Origin: Candidatus Thermosaccharophagus tengchongensis
GTDB lineage: Bacteria; Armatimonadota; Fervidibacteria; Fervidibacterales; Thermosaccharophagaceae
Strand: one strand, 5' to 3'
Length of the DNA: 64,000 nucleotides
NCBI GenBank assembly: GCA_032161105.1
Contig: JAVHTD010000009.1
The position numbers were made by a program, and so were the translations under genes. Shown in pieces: positions 40,938 to 51,220 of the stretch (positions are counted from its first letter, which is position 1; each line of letters begins with the position of its first letter). The notes under the pieces were generated by a model. The model ran no database searches, had not been told where the DNA came from, and saw nothing but the letters and a program-made list of their open reading frames with translations.

Positions 40938-41651
40938 ATGCTCATCCTCAGCATTGAGACAACCGGCGAACTGTGCAGCTTAGCAGTTTGCGAGAAGTCG
41001 TCGTTAAAGGCGATGCTTCTCACTCACACATATCGTGACTTGCTCGTCAGATTGCCGGAGCTGACGCAGCTGACGCTCAAGGCAGCCAATTGCGAGCTCT
41101 CAGATATATCGCTTGTGGCTGTTTCCATAGGACCGGGCTCATTCACGAGCACGCGCATTGGCGTTGCATATGCAAAGGCGATGGCTTATTCGCTTAACAA
41201 GCCGATTGTGGGGGTAAGGACGCTTGAATGCATGGCGCACCTTGCAGGCGCACAAGATGGGCAAAGGTTGATCGTCCTATATCCATCACGCCCAACACGC
41301 CCATTTGAAGCATACTCGGCAAAGTTCGTCAAGGTGAGCGGGGAGTTGAAAACGATTGAGGAAGAGTGTGTGGTCAATGTTGAGGCGCTGCTGAGCGAAC
41401 TCACATGCTGCAACGAACGAACGGTCATCTGTGGCGCATTGAGGGATGAATGGAAAATGTTGCTATCTGAGGTTGCCACATCCAACAGCCTTATCTGGGT
41501 GATTCATATCTTCCCAACTGCCTGGGGCATCGGGCAGCTGGCGTATCGCCGTTGGGAGAGGCAAGGATGCGGCGATGATGTATTTCAACTCAAACCGCTT
41601 TATGTGCTGCCGTCACAGGCTGAAGAGAAGTTCGGCATAAGGGTGACATGA
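40938..41651 (+). CDS. tsaB: tRNA t6A biosynthesis protein TsaB
   Basis: ILSIET, GPGSFTSTRIG, LKPLY. Confidence 0.9.
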   Translation: MLILSIETTGELCSLAVCEKSSLKAMLLTHTYRDLLVRLPELTQLTLKAANCELSDISLVAVSIGPGSFTSTRIGVAYAKAMAYSLNKPIVGVRTLECMAHLAGAQDGQRLIVLYPSRPTRPFEAYSAKFVKVSGELKTIEEECVVNVEALLSELTCCNERTVICGALRDEWKMLLSEVATSNSLIWVIHIFPTAWGIGQLAYRRWERQGCGDDVFQLKPLYVLPSQAEEKFGIRVT

Positions 41652-41689
41652 GTAGCATTGGTTGTGGATGAGCAAGACGAGCTCAAGCA

Positions 41690-41785
41690 TCACGGGCGAA
41701 GAAGGACGCGGGTGAAGCAATACACGACCAAGCTTATCACCAAGCCCCATCCGATGAGCATGAACAGCCATCCTTGCCAACTCAC
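41690..41785 (-). CDS. 31-aa single-TM protein, MetS-like small subunit of NSS transporter
   Basis: GTG start overlaps the transporter TGA (GTGA); MSWQGWLFMLIGWGLVISLVVYCFTRVLLRP. Confidence 0.65.
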   Translation of the reverse strand: MSWQGWLFMLIGWGLVISLVVYCFTRVLLRP

Positions 41786-43605
41786 CTTTTGACGCCCTCC
41801 CTGATTCGCCACGCGATTCCGACGGCAACGCACATTGAGATAAATACGGTTAAGAGGAACGCCCTCGTTATCCAAATAGTCGCTCCCGGACGCTGCCCTT
41901 CAACGCTTCTTGCGATGACGGTGTAATACGAATCGCTGTCGGCGATGAAGCTGAATACATTGCTCCCTTTGAAGTAGCCTGCGAAGACTTCATCGCCAGC
42001 CTTGAACTCGCTTAAGCTCGCCCTCTCGCAATTGCGCAGCAGCGTAGTTCCGTCGGCTTGCCTGACTGTGCCGACTATCTCACCCCTTTCAGTCCTGATT
42101 GCCACACGAGCTTCTTCACCGATGAGCTCAATTCGCTCTATGGAGCCGTAGTAGGTTTTGGGTGGCAACAGGTTCCGCCAAATCCAGCCAAAGAAGATGA
42201 GGATCAAAAACAGTGGTGTCACATATTTGCTTGTGTAGTAGAAGAAGCGAGGCGCGCGAAGCTCGGCACCACGGTGCATCTCCTCCCACATCCTATCGGC
42301 TCCGAATATCCACATCATGATGATGACTTCAATCAGGGCGAGCAGCGGTGGACCGAATGTGCCAGCCCAAAAATCCATCACATCAACGCCGCCGCGAAGG
42401 AAGATGCAAATTTGGGTTGTGACGAAGTAGAAACAACCGAGCACGAGAGCTGCGTGAACTCTCCTGATGCCGAAGTGCTCTTGAAGGAATGCCATTATGG
42501 GTTGCGACATGGCAACGGAAGATGTAAGGCCGGCGAAGAAGAGAAGTAAGAACCAAAGTGCGCCAAATAAGTTGCCAAGAGGCAAGTAGCTGAATATCGC
42601 CGGCATTGAAATAAAAGCGAGGTAGAAGACGCCCTTTCCGGCAGCCTCAAGTGCCCCAACCAAGCCAAAGAAAGTGACCGCTGCCGGAATGGCAATTGAG
42701 CCGCCAAGCACGACTTCAGCAAACTCATTTGTAGCCGTCGTTGTCAAGCCAGTCAGCATGACATCGTCATTCTCGTCCATATAGCTCGCATAGGTTTGTA
42801 TGGCACCCATACCTAAGCTCAGCGTGAAGAACATCTGCCCAGCTGCTGCCAGCCATATCGTTGGATCAAGCAAAGTGATGACAGTATGTCCGGAGCGCTC
42901 CATCACCCATTTTGGCTCCCAGAGGAATGACAAGCCTTTAAGTGGTGTCCATTCCGGGTGGACTTGTGCACCGAGCGTGAAAACCCTTATTACAAGCACT
43001 ATCGCAAATAGGAATAGCAGTGGCATTGCCACCTTAGCGAGCACTTCAATGCCGCGGGAAACGCCTCGGGCAAGTATCCACATGTTGAGCATGAGCGTGA
43101 TGAGGAAGAACGCATACGCTGTTGGGCTGACGGAGATAAACCATTCACCGCCCTTACCGATGTAGGAGGCAAAGTATTCCTCAAACTGCGCCAAAACCTC
43201 CCTCGGCGACATGCCGGGTTCAACAGTCGGCATCTTCCCAATGAGCGCAAGGAAGCTATAGCCAAGCGTCCAGCTCTCAATGTAGGTGTAGTAAATCATG
43301 ATCACCGTCGGGATGAATATGCCGAGCACCCCGAGATATTTACTTATGCGCGCACGCCACATCTCGTGGAACATCCCTGGCGTTGTCCCATAGCCTCGTG
43401 AACCGCCGAAACGCCCCTGGGCGAATTCCATCCACATTAGCGGTATGCCCATCATGACGAGGGAGATGAAATAAGGTATCATGAATGCGCCGCCGCCATT
43501 GCGAGCTGCCTGTCCGGGGAAGCGCAGGAAGTTTCCAAGCCCTATGGCATTGCCAGCCATCGCCAAAATGAGCCCTATCCTCGTCGCCCATCGTTCACGC
43601 CGCAT
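41782..43605 (-). CDS. Na+-dependent amino acid transporter, NSS/SNF family (LeuT-like)
   Basis: RERWATRIGLILAMAGNAIGLGNFLRFP, GQMFFTLSLGMG, FFAGLTSS. Confidence 0.93.
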   Translation of the reverse strand: MRRERWATRIGLILAMAGNAIGLGNFLRFPGQAARNGGGAFMIPYFISLVMMGIPLMWMEFAQGRFGGSRGYGTTPGMFHEMWRARISKYLGVLGIFIPTVIMIYYTYIESWTLGYSFLALIGKMPTVEPGMSPREVLAQFEEYFASYIGKGGEWFISVSPTAYAFFLITLMLNMWILARGVSRGIEVLAKVAMPLLFLFAIVLVIRVFTLGAQVHPEWTPLKGLSFLWEPKWVMERSGHTVITLLDPTIWLAAAGQMFFTLSLGMGAIQTYASYMDENDDVMLTGLTTTATNEFAEVVLGGSIAIPAAVTFFGLVGALEAAGKGVFYLAFISMPAIFSYLPLGNLFGALWFLLLFFAGLTSSVAMSQPIMAFLQEHFGIRRVHAALVLGCFYFVTTQICIFLRGGVDVMDFWAGTFGPPLLALIEVIIMMWIFGADRMWEEMHRGAELRAPRFFYYTSKYVTPLFLILIFFGWIWRNLLPPKTYYGSIERIELIGEEARVAIRTERGEIVGTVRQADGTTLLRNCERASLSEFKAGDEVFAGYFKGSNVFSFIADSDSYYTVIARSVEGQRPGATIWITRAFLLTVFISMCVAVGIAWRIREGVKR

Positions 43606-43628
43606 CCTGACGCCACCTCAAGCCAATT

Positions 43629-44393
43629 TCAGATGTCCAGTATCCCATCAACTTGCGTCAGGTTTATGAAAGCATCGCATGACCTTATGAGCTCGGGCGA
43701 TGTGAGTTTATCCGGACCAATGACCTTGACCATCTTGCCCATCCTTGCAAGCTGATCAATTAGCGGCGCAAAGTCACCATCACCGGTGACGATGACTATC
43801 TCATCAAGGTATGGTGCTTCGGACAATATTTCAATTGCCATCTCCATGTCCATGCTTGCCTTCACAGATCCATCGGGGAGGCGCTTTATAGGCTTTGCTA
43901 CGACTCTGTATCCCATAAGCGCGAGCGCATGGATAAACTCAAGCTGCGGGCGATTGTCCGGGTCGTAACATGTGAATGCGGTCATCTTGACGATGGCTCC
44001 ATTGCGGGATAAAAAATCCTTGAGCGCACGGTAGTTTATCTTCGCCTGATTGAAAACGCTCTTCACGCACAAGTAAAGGTTTTGCACATCTATAAACACA
44101 CCCACCCTCCAAGGTTGCCCATATGGGCGCGGGACAAACTCCTCCTTTGTAATGCTCCATGAGTGCTCACGCTGCTGCGGGAATAAGTCACCTTGCTCAT
44201 CATTGTTAAAGCCCCTGCCAAAATGACTTAAAGACGCATCCTGCACATTTTCTCCCATTGCTTTCACCCCCCTCATGGGCTGCGCTGGCTGCCTTGTTTT
44301 AGCTTCAAACCCATCGTGTGTCTTTTTAACTCCTACAAGACGACGCCAGATGCTCCAAAGCCAACCTGCACGGTGCATATGCTTGCTTTTCAT
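43629..44393 (-). CDS. NYN domain protein (LabA/DUF88)
   Basis: VFIDVQN, KASMD, IVTGDGDFAP, LIRSCDAFI; start uncertain. Confidence 0.85.
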   Translation of the reverse strand: MKSKHMHRAGWLWSIWRRLVGVKKTHDGFEAKTRQPAQPMRGVKAMGENVQDASLSHFGRGFNNDEQGDLFPQQREHSWSITKEEFVPRPYGQPWRVGVFIDVQNLYLCVKSVFNQAKINYRALKDFLSRNGAIVKMTAFTCYDPDNRPQLEFIHALALMGYRVVAKPIKRLPDGSVKASMDMEMAIEILSEAPYLDEIVIVTGDGDFAPLIDQLARMGKMVKVIGPDKLTSPELIRSCDAFINLTQVDGILDI

Positions 44394-44525
44394 GAGTAAT
44401 CACCAACCACGGCAATCACTGCAGCGTTTGATGAGGGGACAAAAACCACACTCATTTTAGCGCGCCTTGAAATTCACATAAGTTGAGTGCACTGTCAGCT
44501 GGTCGCGATCTTTTGAGGCAATCGC

Positions 44526-45170
44526 TCAGGTTAGTTCGTTATGCTCATCAAATCTAAACTTTGAAACTGCTGCCTCTTTCCTCCGGTGGTAGAGCCACAG
44601 CAATGCGAAAAAGCCAGAGAGAGCTAAGACGAGAAGCAAGCTTACGATGTCCAGTTGCTTGACGAACGCCTGCCCGATGAAGCGCACGGAATATGCCACA
44701 AGGAAGAAGCGTGCGCCACGCCCGATGAACGACATGAAGAGCAGCGCAAAAATGCTCAGCCTGAAGACACCGCTTGCAATCGTGAATACCTTGTAGGGGA
44801 TTGGCGTGAAGGCAGCTATGAGGACTGCCCATGCACCATAGTTGTTGTAGAGGTTTTCGGCGGCTTCCACCTTGCTCCGTTTAAAGAGCTTGAGCAACAA
44901 TGGGCGTCCGCCAATCAACCCAATTGCATATCCCAGTAGCGCACCGAGCACGCTGCCAATTGTGCAAACAGTGCTGGCAGCTAAAGCAACCATCGGTGCT
45001 CTCGTCGTGATGGCGATTAAAAGCACATCCGGTGGCACCGGGAAGAAGGACGACTCAATGAATGCCACGACGAATAGCCCGATCATGCCATAGCGGTCAA
45101 GCAGTTGCAATGCCCACTGTTGCAATGCCACCAACTCATCCTCATCTCCCTTCACTCTCGTTGGCGCCAT
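44526..45170 (-). CDS. YqaA/DedA family membrane protein
   Basis: ESSFFPVPPD, FTPIPYKVFTIASG, GRGARFF. Confidence 0.88.
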   Translation of the reverse strand: MAPTRVKGDEDELVALQQWALQLLDRYGMIGLFVVAFIESSFFPVPPDVLLIAITTRAPMVALAASTVCTIGSVLGALLGYAIGLIGGRPLLLKLFKRSKVEAAENLYNNYGAWAVLIAAFTPIPYKVFTIASGVFRLSIFALLFMSFIGRGARFFLVAYSVRFIGQAFVKQLDIVSLLLVLALSGFFALLWLYHRRKEAAVSKFRFDEHNELT

Positions 45171-45852
45171 AACGCTGCTGCGTTTCCCATGCGACCAAAC
45201 TGTGCAGCGCATTGTAATGATCCAATATGTCGCTCAAGTATGAGGTGATGTTCGCCACATTCGGTATGCCGAGGCGCAATTGGATCAGCTTTGGACCAAG
45301 CCTATATGAAGCGAGTGCCATTTCAATGAGATCATCCCTATCATGCCAGAGCTGCATCAGCATGCCAATGTAGCGTGCAGCCCCATCCAAGTTTTGAGCG
45401 ATATCGTATGGGTCTATCACGCCGAGCATGGTTGCAGTTTGTGGCATCAGCTGGGCAAGCCCGATGGCGCCGCTCGGCGAGCGAGCCTCCGGGCGGAAAG
45501 ATGACTCTCTCGCCACAACGGCTGCAAGCAAGAGTGGGTCAATGCAATTTCGCCTCGCCGCATCAAGCAATGCAAGTGCAATCACTTCTGCAAGCTCCCT
45601 TTTAAGCCGTCCGTTCAACTTCATCGCATACTCAGCTATGGCGTTTGCGATGACCATCTCATCAGCTTCGCTTCGCTGTTTAAGCGCCTCAGTCAGCCGC
45701 GTGCACTTCGGCAAAAGCGGCGCATGTAAAGCCACCAAGGCGCGTTCGTTTGCGCTTAGCGCATTTGCATATGGACGGATTGCATCGCAGTCACTTCGCA
45801 CAAGCAACTGCATCATCAGAGCTGTTAGGATGAGCGCTCCACCGAGTCCCAT
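45142..45852 (-). CDS. Lytic transglycosylase (SLT domain)
   Basis: RESSF, GAIGLAQLMP.TA, NLDGAARY, ALASY. Confidence 0.85.
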   Translation of the reverse strand: MGLGGALILTALMMQLLVRSDCDAIRPYANALSANERALVALHAPLLPKCTRLTEALKQRSEADEMVIANAIAEYAMKLNGRLKRELAEVIALALLDAARRNCIDPLLLAAVVARESSFRPEARSPSGAIGLAQLMPQTATMLGVIDPYDIAQNLDGAARYIGMLMQLWHDRDDLIEMALASYRLGPKLIQLRLGIPNVANITSYLSDILDHYNALHSLVAWETQQRYGANESEGR

Positions 45853-45898
45853 TCTCGTCACCGCAGTGGCACAGGCAAAGTAAAAGCATGAGCGATAG

Positions 45899-46786
45899 TC
45901 AAAGTGAGAAGCCCTCCCCGAGGATGAGGTCAATGAGGCGTTGTAAGTCGCCATCGGAGAAGTATCGGATCTCAACCGTGCCGCCGCGCCTGCCCGGCTT
46001 TATGCGGACGCGCATTTGCAACCTTTCCTGAAGCGCATCCTGCAAAGAGAGCAAGTTCGGATCAACCTTTGGCTTCTCCTTTGGCGGCTTCTCATGTTGC
46101 TCCTTGAGGCGGCGCACAAGCGCTTCAGTTTGCCTCACTGAAAGGTTGTGCCTTTGAATGAGCGAAAATGCGTGAAGGATGAGATGCTCTTCATCAAGCG
46201 CAAGGAGTGCTCTGCCATGTCCCTCGGATATTTCTCCCCTTCGTATAGCCTCCTTCACCGGCTCTGGAAGCTGTAAGAGGCGCATGGAGTTGGCTATGGC
46301 TGCCCTACTCTTACCGACGCGCGCTGCTATCTCCTCTTGCGTCATCCCGAAGCGCCGAGAGAGCTGAAAGTATGCTTCTGCCTCCTCAATTGGGTTGATG
46401 TCCTCTCGCTGCAAGTTTTCAACGAGCGCAAACTCTATCATCTCCTGATCGTCACATTGCCTAATGACAGCCGGCAGCTTCCTAAGCCCGGCAATCATTG
46501 CGGCACGCCATCGCCTCTCACCAGTTACAAGCTGATAGCCATCCTCAGTTTGCCTGACAACAACCGGTTGAAGCAACCCGTGCACCCTTATGGAGTCGGC
46601 GAGTTCCTGTAGCGCCTTTTGATCCATGTCGCGGCGCGGTTGAAATGGGTTTGGCTTTATGCGGTCAATATCTATCTCAACGATGCTGGCTGCCTCTGGC
46701 GTTACTGTTGCAAGCCAATTTTCATCCACTGCTGGTGGTATGAGGGCATCCAGTCCACGACCGAGACCGCGTTTTCGCATCTTCAA
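45899..46786 (-). CDS. parB: Chromosome partitioning protein ParB/Spo0J
   Basis: RGLGRGLDALI, NPFQPR, GERRWRA, ENLQREDIN, HTH. Confidence 0.95.
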   Translation of the reverse strand: MKMRKRGLGRGLDALIPPAVDENWLATVTPEAASIVEIDIDRIKPNPFQPRRDMDQKALQELADSIRVHGLLQPVVVRQTEDGYQLVTGERRWRAAMIAGLRKLPAVIRQCDDQEMIEFALVENLQREDINPIEEAEAYFQLSRRFGMTQEEIAARVGKSRAAIANSMRLLQLPEPVKEAIRRGEISEGHGRALLALDEEHLILHAFSLIQRHNLSVRQTEALVRRLKEQHEKPPKEKPKVDPNLLSLQDALQERLQMRVRIKPGRRGGTVEIRYFSDGDLQRLIDLILGEGFSL

Positions 46787-47057
46787 TCCACCACCTAATT
46801 GCTGCGTGTCTGCAATTGCAAGTGGTCCTCAACCCGGTCTGACAAAGGGCTGCATCAATTCAATTCAACTTTAGCTGCGCGATGCTGCATCCTCGTTTGC
46901 AAAGATAACAGCTTTTGGCAAAGCCGTCAATCACCGCACTGCATGGCGCATGTGCTGTAGAGGGCATCCTTGCAAACTGCTTTACTCGTAAGCTGTGCCA
47001 TCCAAGCTGCGACAATGCTCAATAGCTATGGGCAGCTTTTTGGACCGACATTTTGAA

Positions 47058-47068
47058 TGCGCTATAAT
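47058..47068 (+). promoter_or_regulatory. Putative -10 promoter for the riboswitch operon (TGCGCTATAAT)
   Basis: TATAAT about 70 nt upstream of the aptamer; TTGGAC at 17-bp spacing. Confidence 0.5.
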
Positions 47069-47137
47069 GAAGTGACGATGTTTCTGCATTGCGCCAGTAG
47101 GAGGAACTTCAACTGCTCACAATCAATGCGGTGCGAA

Positions 47138-47318
47138 GCGGGTGGATGAGCGGGAAGACGGTGCAAATCCGTCGCTGCCCCGCAGCTGTGACCGGGGACG
47201 AAACCCGTATGGCGGTGCATTTAACTTGGCACCGTCAAAAGCCACTGGTGGGGCTGATCCCCACTGGGAAGGCACGGGGAGTAGGATGATCCGGGAGCCA
47301 GAAGACCGGTCCACCCGC
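47138..47318 (+). ncRNA. Cobalamin riboswitch
   Basis: GGGAAgacGGTGcAAaTCCgtcgCTGcCCCGCAgCTGTg core, GCCACTG, GGGAAGGC, B12 box GAGCCAGAAGACC; terminal stem gcgggtgga/tccacccgc; upstream of btuF-cobUTS. Confidence 0.93.
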
Positions 47319-47633
47319 GGGAATGCTCGTGCCGCCTCGCGGGAGGGCGATGAGCATGCTCAAAGAGCGGTTTGGCAGACCCCCGGCAAGCTGCTAAGGG
47401 AGCTTCCAAGGATGGGGATGGCTGCCGGGGGTAATTGCTTTATGCACCGCAGCAGCGCCGCATGAATACCCCCGCTGTGTAGGAAGTGCAGCTACTCCCC
47501 ATCTGATGCCTTGGCTTTCTCCGGCAGCAAAGCTTTCGCCATCCATACTCTCAGCCTTGCCGGTGCACTAACACAGTCAAACGCGCTCACCGGTTGTTTG
47601 GCATAACCAAAACCAAAAGCACGGAGGTGCGTC

Positions 47634-48443
47634 GTGATGAGGCGCTATAGGTGCAGCTCAAATTTGGGCTTTGGCGCAGCAAGATGCACAGGACAACAGA
47701 CGCCGGGAGCATTCACGCTAATTGAGCTGCTGGTGGTGATTGCCATAATCGCCATCTTGGCAGCGATATTGTTCCCGGTGTTTGCACGGGCGAGGGAGAA
47801 GGCAAGGCAAGCTTCATGTCAGTCCAACCTGAAGCAGATCGGTCTGGCTTTCCTAATGTATGTCCAAGACTACGATGAAATGGCGATGCCAGTGCAAGTC
47901 AGTGGCGCCGGAAAAACATACTACTGGTGGGGCAGTTGGGATGGGAGCACATTAAATGAACAAGAGGGGCTTCTTTACCCCTACATGAGGAACACGCAAA
48001 TTAGGGCATGTCCATCATTCCCTGAGACATTGCGCACAGCGTTGGGGCTCACAGGATATGGGTATAACTACGCCTACCTATCTCCATACCTTCCACCCGA
48101 CTGGGATGTGCATCCGGTCTCCATAGCCAAGATTCAAAACCCGGCTGAGACGGTTCTTATGGCGGACGCAGCCCGGATAAATACATGGAGCTACCCTCAA
48201 CCAACTTTGGAAGGCAATGCCTACCTTGACCCGCCTTCTTACAGTTACCCTGGCTTTCACGCTCGCCACAATGAGACGGGAAATGTCCTATGGATGGATG
48301 GGCATGTGAAAGCGAGGAAACCGGTATACCGAACCGGGACTTTCGGATGGGGATATAACGCCGATGACTTTCGCAAGAACAATCTCGGCGACATTGATGA
48401 GGATGGCGACCTGACCACAGATGAGCTGTTTGACCTGAACTGA
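47634..48443 (+). CDS. Prepilin-type N-methylation / DUF1559 / H-X9-DG protein
   Basis: [66 protein letters not shown]. Confidence 0.92.
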   Translation: MMRRYRCSSNLGFGAARCTGQQTPGAFTLIELLVVIAIIAILAAILFPVFARAREKARQASCQSNLKQIGLAFLMYVQDYDEMAMPVQVSGAGKTYYWWGSWDGSTLNEQEGLLYPYMRNTQIRACPSFPETLRTALGLTGYGYNYAYLSPYLPPDWDVHPVSIAKIQNPAETVLMADAARINTWSYPQPTLEGNAYLDPPSYSYPGFHARHNETGNVLWMDGHVKARKPVYRTGTFGWGYNADDFRKNNLGDIDEDGDLTTDELFDLN

Positions 48444-48588
48444 AGCGCAATGCTCACGCCCTGTGCAAGGTGGCTGAGGAATGATTGAGTGAGACTCCCC
48501 TGCGCCTTTGATGCTGGGGCGCAAACAGCCCGTGCAGTTCTAACTGACGGAATGCTGCTGCCAGCACAGACGGTTGAAATGAAAAGGG

Positions 48589-49527
48589 GTGGGCAATGTG
48601 AACGATAGATGTCACTGTGCTGGTGGGCTGATAGCGGTGCTTCTGATGGCGCAAATCTGCGCCCTCTGCACCGCTGAGACAGCTCGTCACGGGTGCGCAG
48701 TCAAAGATGATTTGGGAAGGCTCATCAAACTTGATGTGCTGCCGAAACGCATCATATCGCTCTCGCCGAGCACAACCGAGATACTCTTTGCCATAGGCGC
48801 CGGCAGGCTCGTCGTTGCCGTTGATGATTGGTCCGACTATCCACCTGAAGCACGCCGCTTGCCGAAGGTGGGTCCTTTTATGCGCCCAAGCATTGAGGCT
48901 GTAGTTAAGCATCACCCGGATTTGATCGTGCTCGCATCAGTTGTGCTTCCGATGAGTGAGGTTGAAACGCTTGAGGGGAGGGTGCGTGCGCCAATATTCG
49001 TCATGTCCCCAAGGAGGGTCATTGACATAGTGAGCAGCATTGAGAGAATCGGGATGCTCGTCGGTAAGCAAAAGGAGGCCAAGCTGGTTGCCGATAGGAT
49101 GCGCTCCGACATAAAACGCATCACGGCGATGCAACAAAAGCGCTTCAGGAAGCCGAGTGTGTTCATAGAGGTCTCGCCGCCACCAAGTCTGATGGGCGTC
49201 GGCGCCAACAATTTCATTGATGATGCCATTGAGCTCGCTGGCGGATACAACATCATGAGGCGGCTCAAATCAAGGAGTGAATTCCCAACGGTCAGCCTTG
49301 AGGTGCTGATGGCGCTTAACCCAGATGTTTACATTTTGGCGAGGCACGGTCGTTTGAATTCGGCTCGTGCCCTTTGCGAGGTCAGGGGGAGAAGCGGCTT
49401 TGAGCAACTCAAAGCGGTGCGCATGGGTAGAGTATACGCGCTCAACGCTGATTTGATTTTCAGACCCGGACCGAGGATCACATCGGGGATAGCTGAACTG
49501 CACCGCTTCCTTTATGGACGCAAGTGA
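48589..49527 (+). CDS. btuF: Cobalamin-binding periplasmic protein
   Basis: DDLGR, RIISLSPSTTEILFAIG, SDYPPEA, RPGPRI; in B12 operon. Confidence 0.85.
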   Translation: MGNVNDRCHCAGGLIAVLLMAQICALCTAETARHGCAVKDDLGRLIKLDVLPKRIISLSPSTTEILFAIGAGRLVVAVDDWSDYPPEARRLPKVGPFMRPSIEAVVKHHPDLIVLASVVLPMSEVETLEGRVRAPIFVMSPRRVIDIVSSIERIGMLVGKQKEAKLVADRMRSDIKRITAMQQKRFRKPSVFIEVSPPPSLMGVGANNFIDDAIELAGGYNIMRRLKSRSEFPTVSLEVLMALNPDVYILARHGRLNSARALCEVRGRSGFEQLKAVRMGRVYALNADLIFRPGPRITSGIAELHRFLYGRK

Positions 49528-49568
49528 TGTTTGGTGCGGGCATGATGTTTGTGCCACAGTGTGGGGGT

Positions 49569-50129
49569 ATGAGCATTGTGGGATTAATCACACTACTACT
49601 TGGTGGGGCGCGCAGCGGGAAGAGCAAATTCGCTGTTGAGCTTGCAAGGGGCAATGGAAAAGTGGCTTTCATAGCCACAGCAACATGCACCGATGGCGAA
49701 ATGGAAAAGCGAATTGAAGCGCACAGGCGTTCTCGCCCGAGGGAGTGGCTGACCGTTGAAGAGGCGCTCAATGTATCCGAATGGATTGATGAGCATGGCG
49801 ATGAATTTGATGTGGTGATAATTGACTGCATCACGCTATGGCTCAGCAATTGCCTTGCATTTGGCATGAGCGATGAAGCGATATTGGACGCCGTTGAGAA
49901 GCTGCTCAATGCGTGCAAGGGGCGCAAGTGCAACGCCATCATAGTGAGCAATGAAGTTGGTATGGGAGTTGTCCCAATGACGCACATTGGCAGGCGATTT
50001 AGGGACTTGCTCGGTGAAGCAAATCAAAAGCTCGCCTCATGTGCTGATTGTGTATACTGGCTTTGCGCCGGCATACCGGTGCGTTTAAAGGGGCAAGATT
50101 TGCGCAACTGCCCTCAGGTGAATGAATGA
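49569..50129 (+). CDS. cobU: Adenosylcobinamide kinase / cobinamide-phosphate guanylyltransferase
   Basis: GGARSGKS, DCITLWLSN, VSNEVGMG, FRDLLG..NQ. Confidence 0.95.
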   Translation: MSIVGLITLLLGGARSGKSKFAVELARGNGKVAFIATATCTDGEMEKRIEAHRRSRPREWLTVEEALNVSEWIDEHGDEFDVVIIDCITLWLSNCLAFGMSDEAILDAVEKLLNACKGRKCNAIIVSNEVGMGVVPMTHIGRRFRDLLGEANQKLASCADCVYWLCAGIPVRLKGQDLRNCPQVNE

Positions 50130-50152
50130 AGCGGTGGGCGTGGTGATGCGAT

Positions 50153-51217
50153 GTGGACAACAAAAGCCTTCAAGCACTCTTGAACGCTATAAAGCCGTTG
50201 GATAGGCTATCAATGGTTAAAGCGAGTGAGCGCATGGACAGGCTAACCAAGCCGCTCGGGAGCCTCGGCAAGCTGGAAGACATTGCCGTGCGTGTTGCCG
50301 GAATTACCGGGACACCATTGCCGAGCGTGGAAGGCAAGGCTGTAGTTGTGTTTGCAGCTGATCATGGTGTCACCGCTCAGGGCGTGAGCCTTTACCCGAG
50401 GGAAGTTACGGCGCAAATGGTGATGAATTTCGTCCGTGGCGGCGCGGCGATAAGCGTGCTGAGCAGGCATTGCGGTGCAAGGCTTGTGGTGGTTGATGTT
50501 GGGGTTGCGGCAGAACTGCCACAGCATGATGGTTTGATCTTGAGGAAGGTTGCATGGGGCACAAGGGATCTTTCAACCGAACCAGCAATGACGCTTGAGC
50601 AGGCGATGGAGGCGATTGGCATCGGCGTTGAAGTGACCAAGATGCTTATCAACGATGGCGCACGCATGATCGCCCTCGGTGATATGGGGATAGGCAACAC
50701 AACGCCGAGCGCAGCCATTGCTGCGGTGCTGCTCGGTAAGCCAGCAAGGGATGTGACGGGGAGGGGCACGGGGTTGGATGATGAGCGCTACGAGCATAAG
50801 GTCGCTGTTATTGAAGCAGCATTGAATTTGCACCGTCCAACCCCGGATGACCCAATTGGAGTGCTCACAAAAGTTGGCGGGCTTGAGATTGCGGCGTTAA
50901 TTGGCGTTGTGATAGCTTGTGCGGCGGGGCGAATCCCGGTCGTGCTTGACGGGTTTATCACAACCGCTGCAGCGGCACTCGCATTCAAGATGCAACCGCT
51001 TGTGAGAGAATACATGTTTGCCGGGCATATCTCAATGGAGCCGGGGCACCGCCTGTTGCTTGACTGGCTTGGGCTTGAGCCAATATTGAATCTCAACATG
51101 CGCCTCGGGGAGGGAACTGGTGCTGTCTTGGCGATGCACCTGATTGACGGTGCGTGTAAGCTGCTCTCACAGATGGCTACATTTGATGAGGCGGGTGTTT
51201 CCGGTCCGGTGGCGTAA
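50153..51217 (+). CDS. cobT: Nicotinate-nucleotide--dimethylbenzimidazole phosphoribosyltransferase
   Basis: LTKPLGSLGKLE, FAADHGV, MGIGNTT, MRLGEGTGA. Confidence 0.96.
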   Translation: MDNKSLQALLNAIKPLDRLSMVKASERMDRLTKPLGSLGKLEDIAVRVAGITGTPLPSVEGKAVVVFAADHGVTAQGVSLYPREVTAQMVMNFVRGGAAISVLSRHCGARLVVVDVGVAAELPQHDGLILRKVAWGTRDLSTEPAMTLEQAMEAIGIGVEVTKMLINDGARMIALGDMGIGNTTPSAAIAAVLLGKPARDVTGRGTGLDDERYEHKVAVIEAALNLHRPTPDDPIGVLTKVGGLEIAALIGVVIACAAGRIPVVLDGFITTAAAALAFKMQPLVREYMFAGHISMEPGHRLLLDWLGLEPILNLNMRLGEGTGAVLAMHLIDGACKLLSQMATFDEAGVSGPVA

Positions 51218-51220
51218 GGC

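Noticed and set aside
47142..47465. 107-aa ORF over the riboswitch
   Set aside because: Fully explained by the cobalamin aptamer; no protein-like features
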